From assembly GCA_965238275.1 (NCBI GenBank), contig OZ250186.1, positions 1,280,001 through 1,344,000 of the forward strand: a stretch of 64,000 bases of DNA. Reading direction: 5' to 3'. The position numbers and the translations under genes were made by a program. Shown here piece by piece: positions 51,831 through 61,458 of the stretch. The notes beneath the pieces were generated by a model. The model ran no database searches. It was given only the letters and a program-made list of their open reading frames with translations, and was not told where the DNA came from. The DNA is from Nitrosopumilus sp. Its GTDB lineage: Archaea > Thermoproteota > Nitrososphaeria > Nitrososphaerales > Nitrosopumilaceae. Position 1 is the first letter of the stretch; every line of letters starts with the position of its first letter.

Positions 51831-52919
51831 CTATCCGACGGTGACTGTGCCGACCATCCATGGGTGGACCAGGCAGTAATAGTCATAGGTTCCTGCTTCG
51901 GTAAATCTAAACTCGTATGCAACCCCTCCATCAAACAGTCCAGAGTCAAACAGGTCTGTGAAGCCGCCATCCGGCGTACCTGAATTTACAGTATGCGCCA
52001 CATCGTCCTGGTTGTCCCATGATACGGTGGTGCCTACAGGCACATCGATGTTCTCCGGATCGTAGTAGATCTCATCGTCCTTGACGAATCCTGAACCTGG
52101 CGGAATCACAACCGTGACCGGCTCTTTTGGCTCCTCAATTATCAATACCGAGTCCATCCACGGATGCACCAGACAAAAGTAATCGTACTCTCCTATCTCC
52201 AGATCCGCCGTGTCCAGCGTGTACACCAGACCCGCACCCAGCAGGCTTGAGTCAAAGGTCTCGCCCACGTCATCTGTGGAAGTTACAGTGTGGATGACTG
52301 CGTCTGCGTTTGTCCATTCTATCAGGTAGCCCTGCGGCACTACTGCAACATCCGGAGCATAGTCCGGATTCCCGTCAACGTCTGAGCCCTCCAGAATCTC
52401 GATTGCAAAGACCGGGGCATTGGAGGCCTCCTCTTCAGGCTCCTCGATTAATATCTCCTGGGGAATCAGATATGTGTCCGGACTGACAAACCCGAAGGCA
52501 ACCCATACGATGATTCCCGTGGCTGCGGCAAGCCCCATTATCGTGCCCACCGGCTTTAGATACACCGGATACTTTGCTGCAATGTATGCTATGGCAATTG
52601 CCGGAAACGCGACTCCCATGAGGACTCCTGCCAACGTGGCAGTGTATACAGAGGTATTGAAGGTAAATGCGAATGTTCCAAACCCAAACATGATCGACAG
52701 GACTACCAGGGTAGTTGCCTTGGCCTTGTTGCTAGTCGATATTCCCCCGTCCAGGATCCCCACTGCAAGGAAGATCAGCCCCACAAACATGGTAAGGCCG
52801 GTAAGCGCATGCATGCCGTCGATGAACGTATGTGCTATGCCTGCATATGATATGGTAAGGCCTGCAATGCCTATGGCAGTCAGACCCATTCCTGGCATCA
52901 TCAGATCCCAATTACTCAT
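51831..52919 (-). CDS. Multi-TM protein with two C-terminal cupredoxin domains
   Basis: About five TM segments followed by two HTV...CLVHPWM type 1 Cu sites. Confidence 0.9.
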   Translation of the reverse strand: MSNWDLMMPGMGLTAIGIAGLTISYAGIAHTFIDGMHALTGLTMFVGLIFLAVGILDGGISTSNKAKATTLVVLSIMFGFGTFAFTFNTSVYTATLAGVLMGVAFPAIAIAYIAAKYPVYLKPVGTIMGLAAATGIIVWVAFGFVSPDTYLIPQEILIEEPEEEASNAPVFAIEILEGSDVDGNPDYAPDVAVVPQGYLIEWTNADAVIHTVTSTDDVGETFDSSLLGAGLVYTLDTADLEIGEYDYFCLVHPWMDSVLIIEEPKEPVTVVIPPGSGFVKDDEIYYDPENIDVPVGTTVSWDNQDDVAHTVNSGTPDGGFTDLFDSGLFDGGVAYEFRFTEAGTYDYYCLVHPWMVGTVTVG

Positions 52920-52965
52920 TTAGAATAGCTGGAATGGCTGATATACTTATTCGTTTTGAAATATA

Positions 52966-53823
52966 GGCGCTGCTAAGACACAGGTACCTAATTCTCGGTG
53001 TTAAACCGGGTACATGGGGGGGGAAAGTTATAACATCTTTGGCCCGAAATCGAGCGCATCGGCGTCCGTCAGTACAAGCCACGAGACGAGCACTGGAAAC
53101 GACACGATCGGCGCCAGTGGCGTGGTTTCCAATTCACGCGATCCAGGACGTGATGTGGGAGAACTCCCCCTCGTATTCGAGGTAGAGGGACGGTTTCAGG
53201 TTGTCATAGATCCATTCGCCGTACTTTTCCGCTTCCAATGGGGGCAAGTCAATCCGGACGTGAAGGTCGCCGCTTGTCGAGTCGCTATACAGCCAATAGC
53301 GGTTCAGCGCACCGTCCCAGACTGCAAAGCCGCTCTCACGCAGAGGAAAGTCCTGTTCCAGTGCCACGTCGATCATCTGCCTGATTTTCGGAACATCTGC
53401 CAGGTCCGTGTCGGTGACGCGCGTCACGGAACCTACAACGGATTCGGCTGCCGCGTCGGGGTCGATGAAGCGCGTCAGGACGATGCCCTCGGGGTTGGCA
53501 AAGAGCCCTCCTGAAACAGGAAAAACAAATACCAATACCGCCACGAAGGCAGTTGTTGCCAGGACGGCCAGTTTAACCTTCATGGTACCGTCCATTTCGC
53601 ACGGGGCGCGTGTGAAGTCGGAACGTGACTGCCTGTTGATGGCATGAAAAGCGGAAGATCCCTGAGATACAAATACTTGCCGCCCCTGATGCCGGCAAAT
53701 CTGCAAGTTCTGTCCAATCAAGTAACCAATAATGCAATCAGTTTTTGGTTATGGGGGACGTCATAACCTCCTCTGGTACCAGGTTTAACGCCGAGAATTA
53801 GGTACCTGTGTCTTAACAGAGCC
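52966..53823. mobile_element. 858-bp non-autonomous IS1595-like cassette with a passenger gene
   Basis: 48-bp TIRs at 52966-53013 and 53776-53823 (44/48 identical), starting GGCnnTG. Target duplication gaaatata (52958-52965) / gaaatatg (53824-53831). No transposase. Confidence 0.88.
53134..53583 (-). CDS. Hypothetical secreted or membrane-anchored passenger protein (149 aa)
   Basis: MKVKLAVLATTAFVAVLVFVFP signal/anchor followed by an acidic globular region; wholly inside the TIR cassette. Confidence 0.7.
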   Translation of the reverse strand: MKVKLAVLATTAFVAVLVFVFPVSGGLFANPEGIVLTRFIDPDAAAESVVGSVTRVTDTDLADVPKIRQMIDVALEQDFPLRESGFAVWDGALNRYWLYSDSTSGDLHVRIDLPPLEAEKYGEWIYDNLKPSLYLEYEGEFSHITSWIA

Positions 53824-53995
53824 GAAATATGCACAGCAGCAGCATTGCCGGCAGGGAACCACAGTTTCGTATGCCGTGCCGCCGGCCAGGCCCCTCGCGA
53901 ACTGGCACATGCATGTGTCATATGGCCGGAATGGTTCCCAAAACCCCCTGCACCCGACGAATAAATTAAATGGCTAGGAGTGGGACAGAGTAGGA

Positions 53996-54883
53996 TTGGG
54001 CCTTAATGAGATAGTGGAGATCTCCAAACCTCGAATTGTCGTTCTTTTGGTTATTACCGCCGTTACATCGATGTATGCTGCAAGCAGGCTGGTTGACGGC
54101 GTCCCTGAACTTGGCCCCTGGATGTACCTGCATATCATACTTGCAGGCGCCCTTGCATCTGCAGGCTCCAGCGCCCTGAACCACTACTATGACCGGGACA
54201 TTGATCCCATGATGAAGAGAACCAGCACAAGGCCCATCCCGTCAGGCCGGATGGCCCCGTCGCACGTACTGGCGTACGGCCTGGCCGTGAGCTGCGTGTC
54301 TGTGGTGTACGGGTATTTTGCACTGAATCCCGTGTCTGCATTCTTTATTGCAGTTGGGATATTCTCGTACGTGGTAGTGTACACGGTGTGGCTCAAGCGG
54401 CTAAACACGTCAAACATTGTAATCGGGGGCATTGCCGGCAGCGCCGCCTCCTGGGCCGGTTGGTCTGCAGCCACCGGAAGCCTGGATCTGCTGGGATTCC
54501 TGATCGGGTTCCTGGTGTTTGTCTGGACTCCGTCCCACTTTTGGTGCCTTGCAATGAAGATCAAAGACGAGTATGCCCAGGCAAACGTTCCGATGCTGCC
54601 TGTAGTGATTGGAATGCAAAAGACGTCCAAGTACATCCTGGGAAACACCATGATACTGCTGCCATTCTCCATGATACCCTCGCTCATTCCCGACGGGATG
54701 GGCCTGGTCTACACCGTAATTGCAGCAGTCTCAGGCGGCCTGATGCTTGCATACCACTACAAACTTACAAAAACCCCCACATCCGAGTTTGCATGGAAGG
54801 CATACAAGGTGACTGCCCCGTACCTTACGGTGATATTTGCAGCAGTCGCCCTTGATGCGGCGTTTCACATTCCGCTGATATAG
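53996..54883 (+). CDS. ctaB: Protoheme IX farnesyltransferase
   Basis: SKPRIV, DRDIDPMMKRTSTRP and WTPSHFW motifs. Confidence 0.94.
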   Translation: MGLNEIVEISKPRIVVLLVITAVTSMYAASRLVDGVPELGPWMYLHIILAGALASAGSSALNHYYDRDIDPMMKRTSTRPIPSGRMAPSHVLAYGLAVSCVSVVYGYFALNPVSAFFIAVGIFSYVVVYTVWLKRLNTSNIVIGGIAGSAASWAGWSAATGSLDLLGFLIGFLVFVWTPSHFWCLAMKIKDEYAQANVPMLPVVIGMQKTSKYILGNTMILLPFSMIPSLIPDGMGLVYTVIAAVSGGLMLAYHYKLTKTPTSEFAWKAYKVTAPYLTVIFAAVALDAAFHIPLI

Positions 54884-54959
54884 TAGCCCTCTTGCAGGAA
54901 CTGCATGCCTTTGGCAGACAGGCAGGAATCACGCCATCTGATGCTGTTGCGTGTGTTGG

Positions 54960-55259
54960 CTACTTTTTAAAACCTGGAAAGCTGGCCTCGTAGTCCTTCT
55001 CTACTGCGATCCTGTTCTGCTCTGCAACCTCATCGACTTCGGCTTCTGCTGCTGCGTACCTTTCTATCCTGCGCTCGCCCTTTGTAATCCACGAGACCTT
55101 GATCAGCCCCATAATCTCAAGATCCAAAAGCAGCTTGTTGAATCTGTCTTCTGCCACCGCGTGGCCCCCCTTTGCCAGACTCTTGTAGAGTTCAGCATCG
55201 GTCATGGAGCCTGCCTCTACTATCTTGTCATTTACTATGTTTCGGAGCGGAATTGTCAT
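54960..55259 (-). CDS. Conserved hypothetical protein (winged-helix-like)
   Basis: FNKLLLDLEIMGLIKV; directly downstream of cdc48. Confidence 0.75.
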   Translation of the reverse strand: MTIPLRNIVNDKIVEAGSMTDAELYKSLAKGGHAVAEDRFNKLLLDLEIMGLIKVSWITKGERRIERYAAAEAEVDEVAEQNRIAVEKDYEASFPGFKK

Positions 55260-55261
55260 TT

Positions 55262-57430
55262 TTATCCATAAAATGCCTTATCCCCTGACTTGGGAACCAC
55301 ATTAGATATACCTTCCTTTACCGTGTTGTACCACCGGTCTACCTCCTTGGTGATTGACGGCCTGATGCGCTTGAGGCTGTTTGCAAAGTCCTGGCTGGTA
55401 ATCCTTGCAGAGTTGTTCTTCATTGCAGTGACTGCCGCCTCCCTGCACAGTGCTGCAAGATCCGCGCCCGTATAGTTCTGCGTGGCCACTGCTATCTCTG
55501 TGAGCTTTACGTCTGCTGCAAGCGGCATCTTTCCAGTGAGGATTTTGATGATCTCAAGCCGCCCCTTCTCGTCGGGCGGGGCCACGTACAGGGCAAGATC
55601 CAGCCTTCCGGTTCTCAGCAGCGAGTTGTCCAGCACGTCTGGCCTGTTTGTGATGCCAATCACGATCACCCTTGAGGTGACTCCCTCCTCGATCTCCGTG
55701 AGCAGCTGGCTTAAAACGGTCTCGCCTACCCCGCCCTCGCCTGATTTGTAGCGCGCCAGGGAGTCAAGCTCGTCAAACACCACAACGCACGGCGAGGACA
55801 TCCTTGCCTTTCTGAATATTCCCCTTATGGCCTTCTCAGACTCTCCTATCCATTTTGAGAGTATCTCAGGACCCCTTACCAGGATCATGTTTGCCCCGCT
55901 TTCAGTGGCAAACGCCCTTGCAATGAGCGTCTTTCCGCACCCGGGCGGTCCGTAGATCAGGGCGCCTCTTGGAGGCCTGATGCCGATTCTTGTAAACTTG
56001 CCCGGATCCTTCATGGCCACTGCCAGGTTGTCTGTCAGGGAGTCCTTGATGGCATCAAGCCCCCCGATATCCTGCCACATGACCTTTGATCTCTCGACGT
56101 AAAACTCCCTCATTGCAGTGGGAATGACCTCCTGCATTGCGTCATAAAAGTCGGCAATCTGTATCTGCATAGACTGGAGCACCTCTGATGAGATCCTGTC
56201 CGTCTCCAAGTCGATCTCCGGCAGATACCTCCTGATGGACTTCATTGCAGCCTCCCTGCACAGCGACTTGATGTCTGCGCCCGTGTACCCGTGCAGCTCT
56301 GCTGCCAGATTCTTCAAGTCGACATCCTCGCCTATGGGCATCCCCCTCGTGTGAATCAGGATGATCTCAAGCCTGCCGTCCTCGTTTGGTACGGATATCT
56401 CAAACTCCCTGTCAAACCTGCCGGGCCTTCTCAGGGCCGGATCCACGCTGTCGGGCCTGTTTGTGGCGCCAAGCACGATTACATTGCCCCTGTCGTTGAG
56501 GCCGTCCATCAGGGCAAGCAGCTGGGCCACAACCCGCTTTTCTACATCCCCGTAGGCCTCCTCCCTCTTTGGCGCAATCGCGTCTATCTCATCGATAAAG
56601 ATGATGCTCGGAGAGCCGTCCTTGGCCTCCTTGAAGATGTCCCGCAGCCTGGCTTCTGTCTCCCCGTAGTACTTGTTCATTATCTCCGGGCCGTTTATCA
56701 GGAACATGTTGGCCTCTGACTCGCTTGCAAGAACCTTTGCAAGAAGGGTCTTTCCGCATCCGGGGGGTCCGTACAGAAGAATCCCGCTGTGCGGCTCGAC
56801 TCCAAGCCTCGAGAACAGCTCCGGATGCCTCAGGGGCAGCTCCACTATCTCCCTCATTGCCTTGACCTTGTGCCGCAGTCCTCCCACCTCCTCGTATGTC
56901 ACCCTGACCTTCCTGTCGACTGCCGACTCTGTTGAGATGGACAGGCCGGTGGCGCGGTCTATCCTTACAACCCCCTTCGGGGTGGTCTTGGCAATCTTAA
57001 AGTCCATGGAGTTGCCCAGAATCATAACCGATATCTCATCCCCCTGTGTTATGGGAAGTCCCTTGAGCCTGTTCTTTACAAAGTCTGTAAACTCCTTGTC
57101 CACCGTAACTGTATCGTTTACCGGCGTCAGGGATACTGTCTTTGCAGTCTTTGCCACAGACTTTTTAATCCCTACAAAATCGTTTAGCGCGGCCCCCACG
57201 TTCTTTCTTGTCTGGCCGTCCATCCTGATGATGTCCTGAAACTTTTCATCCTCGTCGACAGGCCAGACCACCACGCAGCTGGACTTTGAGCCTATAATCT
57301 CCATGATGTCTCCCGGTGTAACGTGGAGATGATCCATTGCCTGCGGGCCTATCCTTGCCCGTTTCTTGCCCACGTCCCTCTGCTTGGCCTCTCCGACTCT
57401 CATCTGCAAAGGTTCATCCTCGCGCACCAA
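55262..57430 (-). CDS. cdc48: CDC48/VCP AAA+ ATPase
   Basis: N-domain plus two GPPGCGKT AAA modules. Confidence 0.96.
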   Translation of the reverse strand: MVREDEPLQMRVGEAKQRDVGKKRARIGPQAMDHLHVTPGDIMEIIGSKSSCVVVWPVDEDEKFQDIIRMDGQTRKNVGAALNDFVGIKKSVAKTAKTVSLTPVNDTVTVDKEFTDFVKNRLKGLPITQGDEISVMILGNSMDFKIAKTTPKGVVRIDRATGLSISTESAVDRKVRVTYEEVGGLRHKVKAMREIVELPLRHPELFSRLGVEPHSGILLYGPPGCGKTLLAKVLASESEANMFLINGPEIMNKYYGETEARLRDIFKEAKDGSPSIIFIDEIDAIAPKREEAYGDVEKRVVAQLLALMDGLNDRGNVIVLGATNRPDSVDPALRRPGRFDREFEISVPNEDGRLEIILIHTRGMPIGEDVDLKNLAAELHGYTGADIKSLCREAAMKSIRRYLPEIDLETDRISSEVLQSMQIQIADFYDAMQEVIPTAMREFYVERSKVMWQDIGGLDAIKDSLTDNLAVAMKDPGKFTRIGIRPPRGALIYGPPGCGKTLIARAFATESGANMILVRGPEILSKWIGESEKAIRGIFRKARMSSPCVVVFDELDSLARYKSGEGGVGETVLSQLLTEIEEGVTSRVIVIGITNRPDVLDNSLLRTGRLDLALYVAPPDEKGRLEIIKILTGKMPLAADVKLTEIAVATQNYTGADLAALCREAAVTAMKNNSARITSQDFANSLKRIRPSITKEVDRWYNTVKEGISNVVPKSGDKAFYG

Positions 57431-57438
57431 GAAATCAC

Positions 57439-57720
57439 CTATTTCATGTCGACTGACATCCGACTCATGTTGAGCACCTCAAACTCGCTCACACCCTCAG
57501 ACGCCCTCACTGCATTCTCCAACAAGTCCATCTGACCTTCGCTGTCATCTAGGATAAATTCTGCCTTAAGAAACTCCAGCCCGAATGCCAAGGGCTCCTT
57601 TTGATACCTCCTCATGGTAATCTTTTCGCTGAGCGAGGACTTGATTGACTCTGCCATCCTGTCAAGATCTACGTCCGTTCCGGTGGGAAGAACCTTTGTA
57701 ACAAGCAGCAGACTTGCCAT
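57439..57720 (-). CDS. ef1b: Translation elongation factor 1-beta
   Basis: KVLP..EPLAFGL motif; follows the zinc-ribbon gene. Confidence 0.9.
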   Translation of the reverse strand: MASLLLVTKVLPTGTDVDLDRMAESIKSSLSEKITMRRYQKEPLAFGLEFLKAEFILDDSEGQMDLLENAVRASEGVSEFEVLNMSRMSVDMK

Positions 57721-57724
57721 GTCT

Positions 57725-57907
57725 TCACGGCCCCTGGAAGCTGCACGCGGTACAAGAGTACCCCCTTGCAGCATCTCTGCAGCTTTGGCACCTCCAAATT
57801 AGATCCGACCCGCAGTCCGGGCAGTTGAACTTGACGCACTTGTCATTGGGCATGATGTGCCTCAGACAACAACTGCATCTTGGAAGGGATATGGTAGACG
57901 ACGACAT
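57725..57907 (-). CDS. Zinc-ribbon protein (DUF1610 / HVO_2753-like)
   Basis: [30 protein letters not shown]. Confidence 0.9.
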   Translation of the reverse strand: MSSSTISLPRCSCCLRHIMPNDKCVKFNCPDCGSDLIWRCQSCRDAARGYSCTACSFQGP

Positions 57908-57929
57908 GTTATGAAAAAATCCCCAAACT

Positions 57930-59087
57930 TCATTTATACCTTCCTTGCATCTCCCGAATGCCGCTTCTGAACCTGCTGCCGGCTATGGCACCGACTGCCT
58001 TGGCAGTGCCCCTTGCACCAAGCAGCCTTGCAATCGAGACTGCATGAAAGTCAAAGCCGTCGCTGCCTGAGATCTCGCTGATGACTTTTGGCGTGACTGC
58101 CTCGAAGAGTTTGTTGATGGTCTTGTTGTCAAGTCCCTCCAGCATGTTTCTTGCAAGAACCTGCCTTTGAAACTCGTCTCCAAACCTCCCGGTCCACTCC
58201 TTCTGGTACCGGGCAAGCTTGTCCCTCTGGCCCGTGGCCAGAAACCCTGACACGGCCCTGCCTGCAAGAATTCCTCCCATTCCCCCGGTAAATATTCCGC
58301 CTGCAGTCGTGGGCTTTGCCTGCCCTGCAGCATCCCCGACAATCACAGTATTGCCCTCTACAAAGTTGCCGATGGGGCCCCTTACCCATATCGGGGCAAA
58401 GATCTTCCTGACAGTCGAGGAGCATCCGCCCTTCTCACTGACGAGATCGTCTAGTACCCTGCCTGCATTGATGCCCCTTCCTGCAACGCCAATCTTTCCC
58501 CTTCCGTTCTCGGATGGAATCACCCATGAAAAGAATCCCGGGAACCTCATCTGGTCAAAGAACACCTGAACCTCCCCCTTTCTTATCCAGTCTGCGTACA
58601 CCTCGTACTGTGCAGATGCAAGCACCCCTGTCTTGTCCCTGTGGATTGCCGAGGATATTCCCCTGGCATCCACCAGAATCCTGCACCCTATCTCCTCTTC
58701 CTTGGTCCTCACCCCGGCCTCTGTAACCTCCTGGAGGCTCGTCCTGACGCGGATCTCGGCCCCGCTTCTCCGGGCCTGCAGCGCTACCTGCTTGTCAAGT
58801 TCCCTCCTGCTTATCTCAAGCACGTTCTGCCTGCCAGAATCCACCGTGAAGCTCCGGCCGTTTGGAGCCGTGAATTTTGCCGTCGTTATGGCATGACCCA
58901 GTACCCTCCTAAACGGAATTATTCCCAGCTCCTCCAGTCCTGCACTGCTCACCAGGCCGCCACAGTGCTCCGGCGTTCCAACCTCGTAGTCCTCCTCTAT
59001 TACAAGCACGTCGAATCCTGCAGAGGCTATCTCCCTTGCGCACAGCAGTCCTGCAATGCTTCCGCCTGCCACCACTACATCATACAT
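57930..59087 (-). CDS. Geranylgeranyl reductase-family flavoprotein
   Basis: FAD-binding N-terminus; FPGFFSWVIP and VGDAAGQAKPTTAGGI motifs. Confidence 0.88.
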   Translation of the reverse strand: MYDVVVAGGSIAGLLCAREIASAGFDVLVIEEDYEVGTPEHCGGLVSSAGLEELGIIPFRRVLGHAITTAKFTAPNGRSFTVDSGRQNVLEISRRELDKQVALQARRSGAEIRVRTSLQEVTEAGVRTKEEEIGCRILVDARGISSAIHRDKTGVLASAQYEVYADWIRKGEVQVFFDQMRFPGFFSWVIPSENGRGKIGVAGRGINAGRVLDDLVSEKGGCSSTVRKIFAPIWVRGPIGNFVEGNTVIVGDAAGQAKPTTAGGIFTGGMGGILAGRAVSGFLATGQRDKLARYQKEWTGRFGDEFQRQVLARNMLEGLDNKTINKLFEAVTPKVISEISGSDGFDFHAVSIARLLGARGTAKAVGAIAGSRFRSGIREMQGRYK

Positions 59088-59154
59088 GGGTCTGCTATAC
59101 CTGCCAATTATTTAATTCAAAAGTTTTTCAACAGGCGCAATGTCTCATTACCGT

Positions 59155-59508
59155 ATGGGGGAAGTCAAACAGGTAATAGTGGTGCGGACTGATCTTGACA
59201 TGGGGCGCGGAAAGATAGCAGCACAGGTGGGACATGCGTGCGTCATGGGCGCAGAGCACGTCAGGCGGTCGCACCCCGACTGGCATGCCGCCTGGTGGGG
59301 GTCGCAGGCAAAGGTGGTCCTCAAGGTGTCAAGCCTCAAGGAACTGCACCAGATAAGGATGCATGCAGTTGATGCGAATCTGCCCTGGTCCGAGGTGAGC
59401 GATGCCGGACACACCCAGCTGGCACCTGGCACGACTACCTGCATCTCGATAGGGCCCGCCCCCGAGGACATGATAGACAGGGTTACTGGGAATCTCAAAC
59501 TCCTCTGA
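59155..59508 (+). CDS. pth2: Peptidyl-tRNA hydrolase Pth2
   Basis: KQVIVVRTDLDMGRGKIAAQVGHA and DAGHTQ motifs. Confidence 0.96.
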   Translation: MGEVKQVIVVRTDLDMGRGKIAAQVGHACVMGAEHVRRSHPDWHAAWWGSQAKVVLKVSSLKELHQIRMHAVDANLPWSEVSDAGHTQLAPGTTTCISIGPAPEDMIDRVTGNLKLL

Positions 59509-59619
59509 CCACACCCTCTCATGCAGTACGAATCCCTCCGTGGCGTGCCCGGGCAAATCCCGAATCTGGGTGCCCTGCTGCTGCTGTCGTCGTCGTCCTC
59601 TTGAAGAAATATTAACAGT

Positions 59620-61458
59620 ATGAACCCAGTTGGTTCTGTGAAGAGAAGAACCAAGGGAATACTTGCATTTCTATTTTTGGGCGGGCTCATGGTGACCTCC
59701 GGTGTGACAATTGCCATACAGGGAATCGATCCGCTAGACGAGAAGCGGACATTTATCCAGAGCCTCACCCCTTGGGAGATAGAAAAATACCTGTACCGCG
59801 TCTGGCTCCAGGAACAGGCAGATATCGAAAGCCTTACCACCTCGGACAGATATACCGAGTACGGCATCTGGCGGAGTTCGGAAAGTATTGAGGACTCCCT
59901 CCCCTGCACACCTGACTCCCCGGAGGATATCTGCGACCTGAAACAAATAACCCCCGATGATCTTACCCCCGCATACTATTACACAAATGAGCAGCGTCCG
60001 CAGTTTTGCGGATCCTCGATTGCAAGATCGACAGACTATGTCCAAGAGTTCTCCATTCCGACTGCCTGCACGAATCCCCTGGGAATCGTCACCGACTATG
60101 ATGGAAACGTCTGGTTTGCCCAGACCAACACGGGCCGCATGGCAATGTTTGATCCCATTACAGAGACGTTTACCGAGTATGACAACCCGGTGTGGCCGCC
60201 GGGCACGCGCTCCATGATGTGGGGGGCAGACTATTCCCCTGACGGCTATGTCTGGTATACCGATGATGCCTCTGACTCCATATGGAGGTTCTCGCCTGCA
60301 AGCGGGCAGTATGAGAGGCTGGGATATCCGTCCGAGACAGACTCCCTTCCGCAGCGGCTCGTCGTTGACGGCTCCCAGATAATAATAAACGACTTTACAG
60401 GCAACAAGCTCACGCTGCTGACCACGTCTCCGGACATTGGGGAGATAAGATACGTCAACGTCCCGTCACCCTTCGACAACTCCCAGACTGCAGACTTTGC
60501 AGTTGCTCCGGACAACAGCGTGTGGTTTACAACCTGGTCCCTGCAGTCAGGCGGGGTGCTGACAAAGTTTGATCAGGACAGCTATGCCGAGTCCACTGCA
60601 AACCCTGACAACATACCACTCCCGACGTCCTACTTTATGGAGATATTTGCATTTCCAGAAAACATGCTTACGCCAAACGGGGCTGCCTTTACCGCCGATG
60701 GAACCCTGTGGCTTGCAGACACCACGTCCTCGTCATTTTACAGCTTTGATCCCTCCACGGAACGGTTCACCCAGTATGTCACTGCCGACCCGCTTCCCGG
60801 CACATACGGGAACCACACCGGCATTGTCAAGTCCCCGATATCCCGCCCGTACTGGATCCAAGCCGACGAGACGGGAAACCTCGTCTTCAACTCCCAAAAC
60901 TCAAACAACCTCTCGGTGATGAATCCCGCACTCCAGACGCTTGTGGAGTACCACGTCCCCTCAAAGAATCCCCACTGGGCCGACTGTTCCCCTGGGAACG
61001 GCACCCTGATAGCCGACTGCGGACTTGCACAGATCTTTGATTTTACCGTACACGGCAAGAATATCTGGTTTACAGAATGGGTGGAAAACAACATCGGAGT
61101 GGTGGACACCTCCGTCCCGCTGCCGTTTGACATACAGACAGACAAGCAGACAGTGATTCTCCCCCCGGGAGAGGCTGCCACTGTTAACTTGCAGGTGACC
61201 ACCAGCAGCAGCAGCAGCAGCAGCATGTCAGAGGATGCCGTCGACGGTTCCCTGGTCCTGTCAGGCACGCACGACTTTATCACCGTCGGGCATGAGGCAG
61301 GCTCCGATACACTCAAACTCTTCCCCGGGGGAGAGGTCTCAATTGTTGTCGATATCACCGCCTCTGATGATGCCGTACCGGGCACATACAAGGTGCTGCT
61401 TGGAGTGCAGTCCCCTGATGTTGCCGTGGGCAAGTTTGTTACAGTGACTGTCCAGTGA
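59620..61458 (+). CDS. Secreted Vgb (virginiamycin B lyase)-like beta-propeller protein
   Basis: Signal/anchor; repeated GNVWF, GYVWY and NIWFTE blades; C-terminal Ig-like domain. Confidence 0.82.
   Translation: MNPVGSVKRRTKGILAFLFLGGLMVTSGVTIAIQGIDPLDEKRTFIQSLTPWEIEKYLYRVWLQEQADIESLTTSDRYTEYGIWRSSESIEDSLPCTPDSPEDICDLKQITPDDLTPAYYYTNEQRPQFCGSSIARSTDYVQEFSIPTACTNPLGIVTDYDGNVWFAQTNTGRMAMFDPITETFTEYDNPVWPPGTRSMMWGADYSPDGYVWYTDDASDSIWRFSPASGQYERLGYPSETDSLPQRLVVDGSQIIINDFTGNKLTLLTTSPDIGEIRYVNVPSPFDNSQTADFAVAPDNSVWFTTWSLQSGGVLTKFDQDSYAESTANPDNIPLPTSYFMEIFAFPENMLTPNGAAFTADGTLWLADTTSSSFYSFDPSTERFTQYVTADPLPGTYGNHTGIVKSPISRPYWIQADETGNLVFNSQNSNNLSVMNPALQTLVEYHVPSKNPHWADCSPGNGTLIADCGLAQIFDFTVHGKNIWFTEWVENNIGVVDTSVPLPFDIQTDKQTVILPPGEAATVNLQVTTSSSSSSSMSEDAVDGSLVLSGTHDFITVGHEAGSDTLKLFPGGEVSIVVDITASDDAVPGTYKVLLGVQSPDVAVGKFVTVTVQ

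Noticed and set aside
53343-53353. GAGGAAAGTCC, the RNase P RNA signature
   Set aside because: No matching 3' ACAGAA..GGCTTA element follows, and it lies antisense within the passenger ORF of a mobile cassette.
59620-61458. Vgb-like gene as an antibiotic resistance gene
   Set aside because: It is a secreted propeller protein in a housekeeping context (pth2, truD); fold similarity alone does not imply streptogramin lyase activity.
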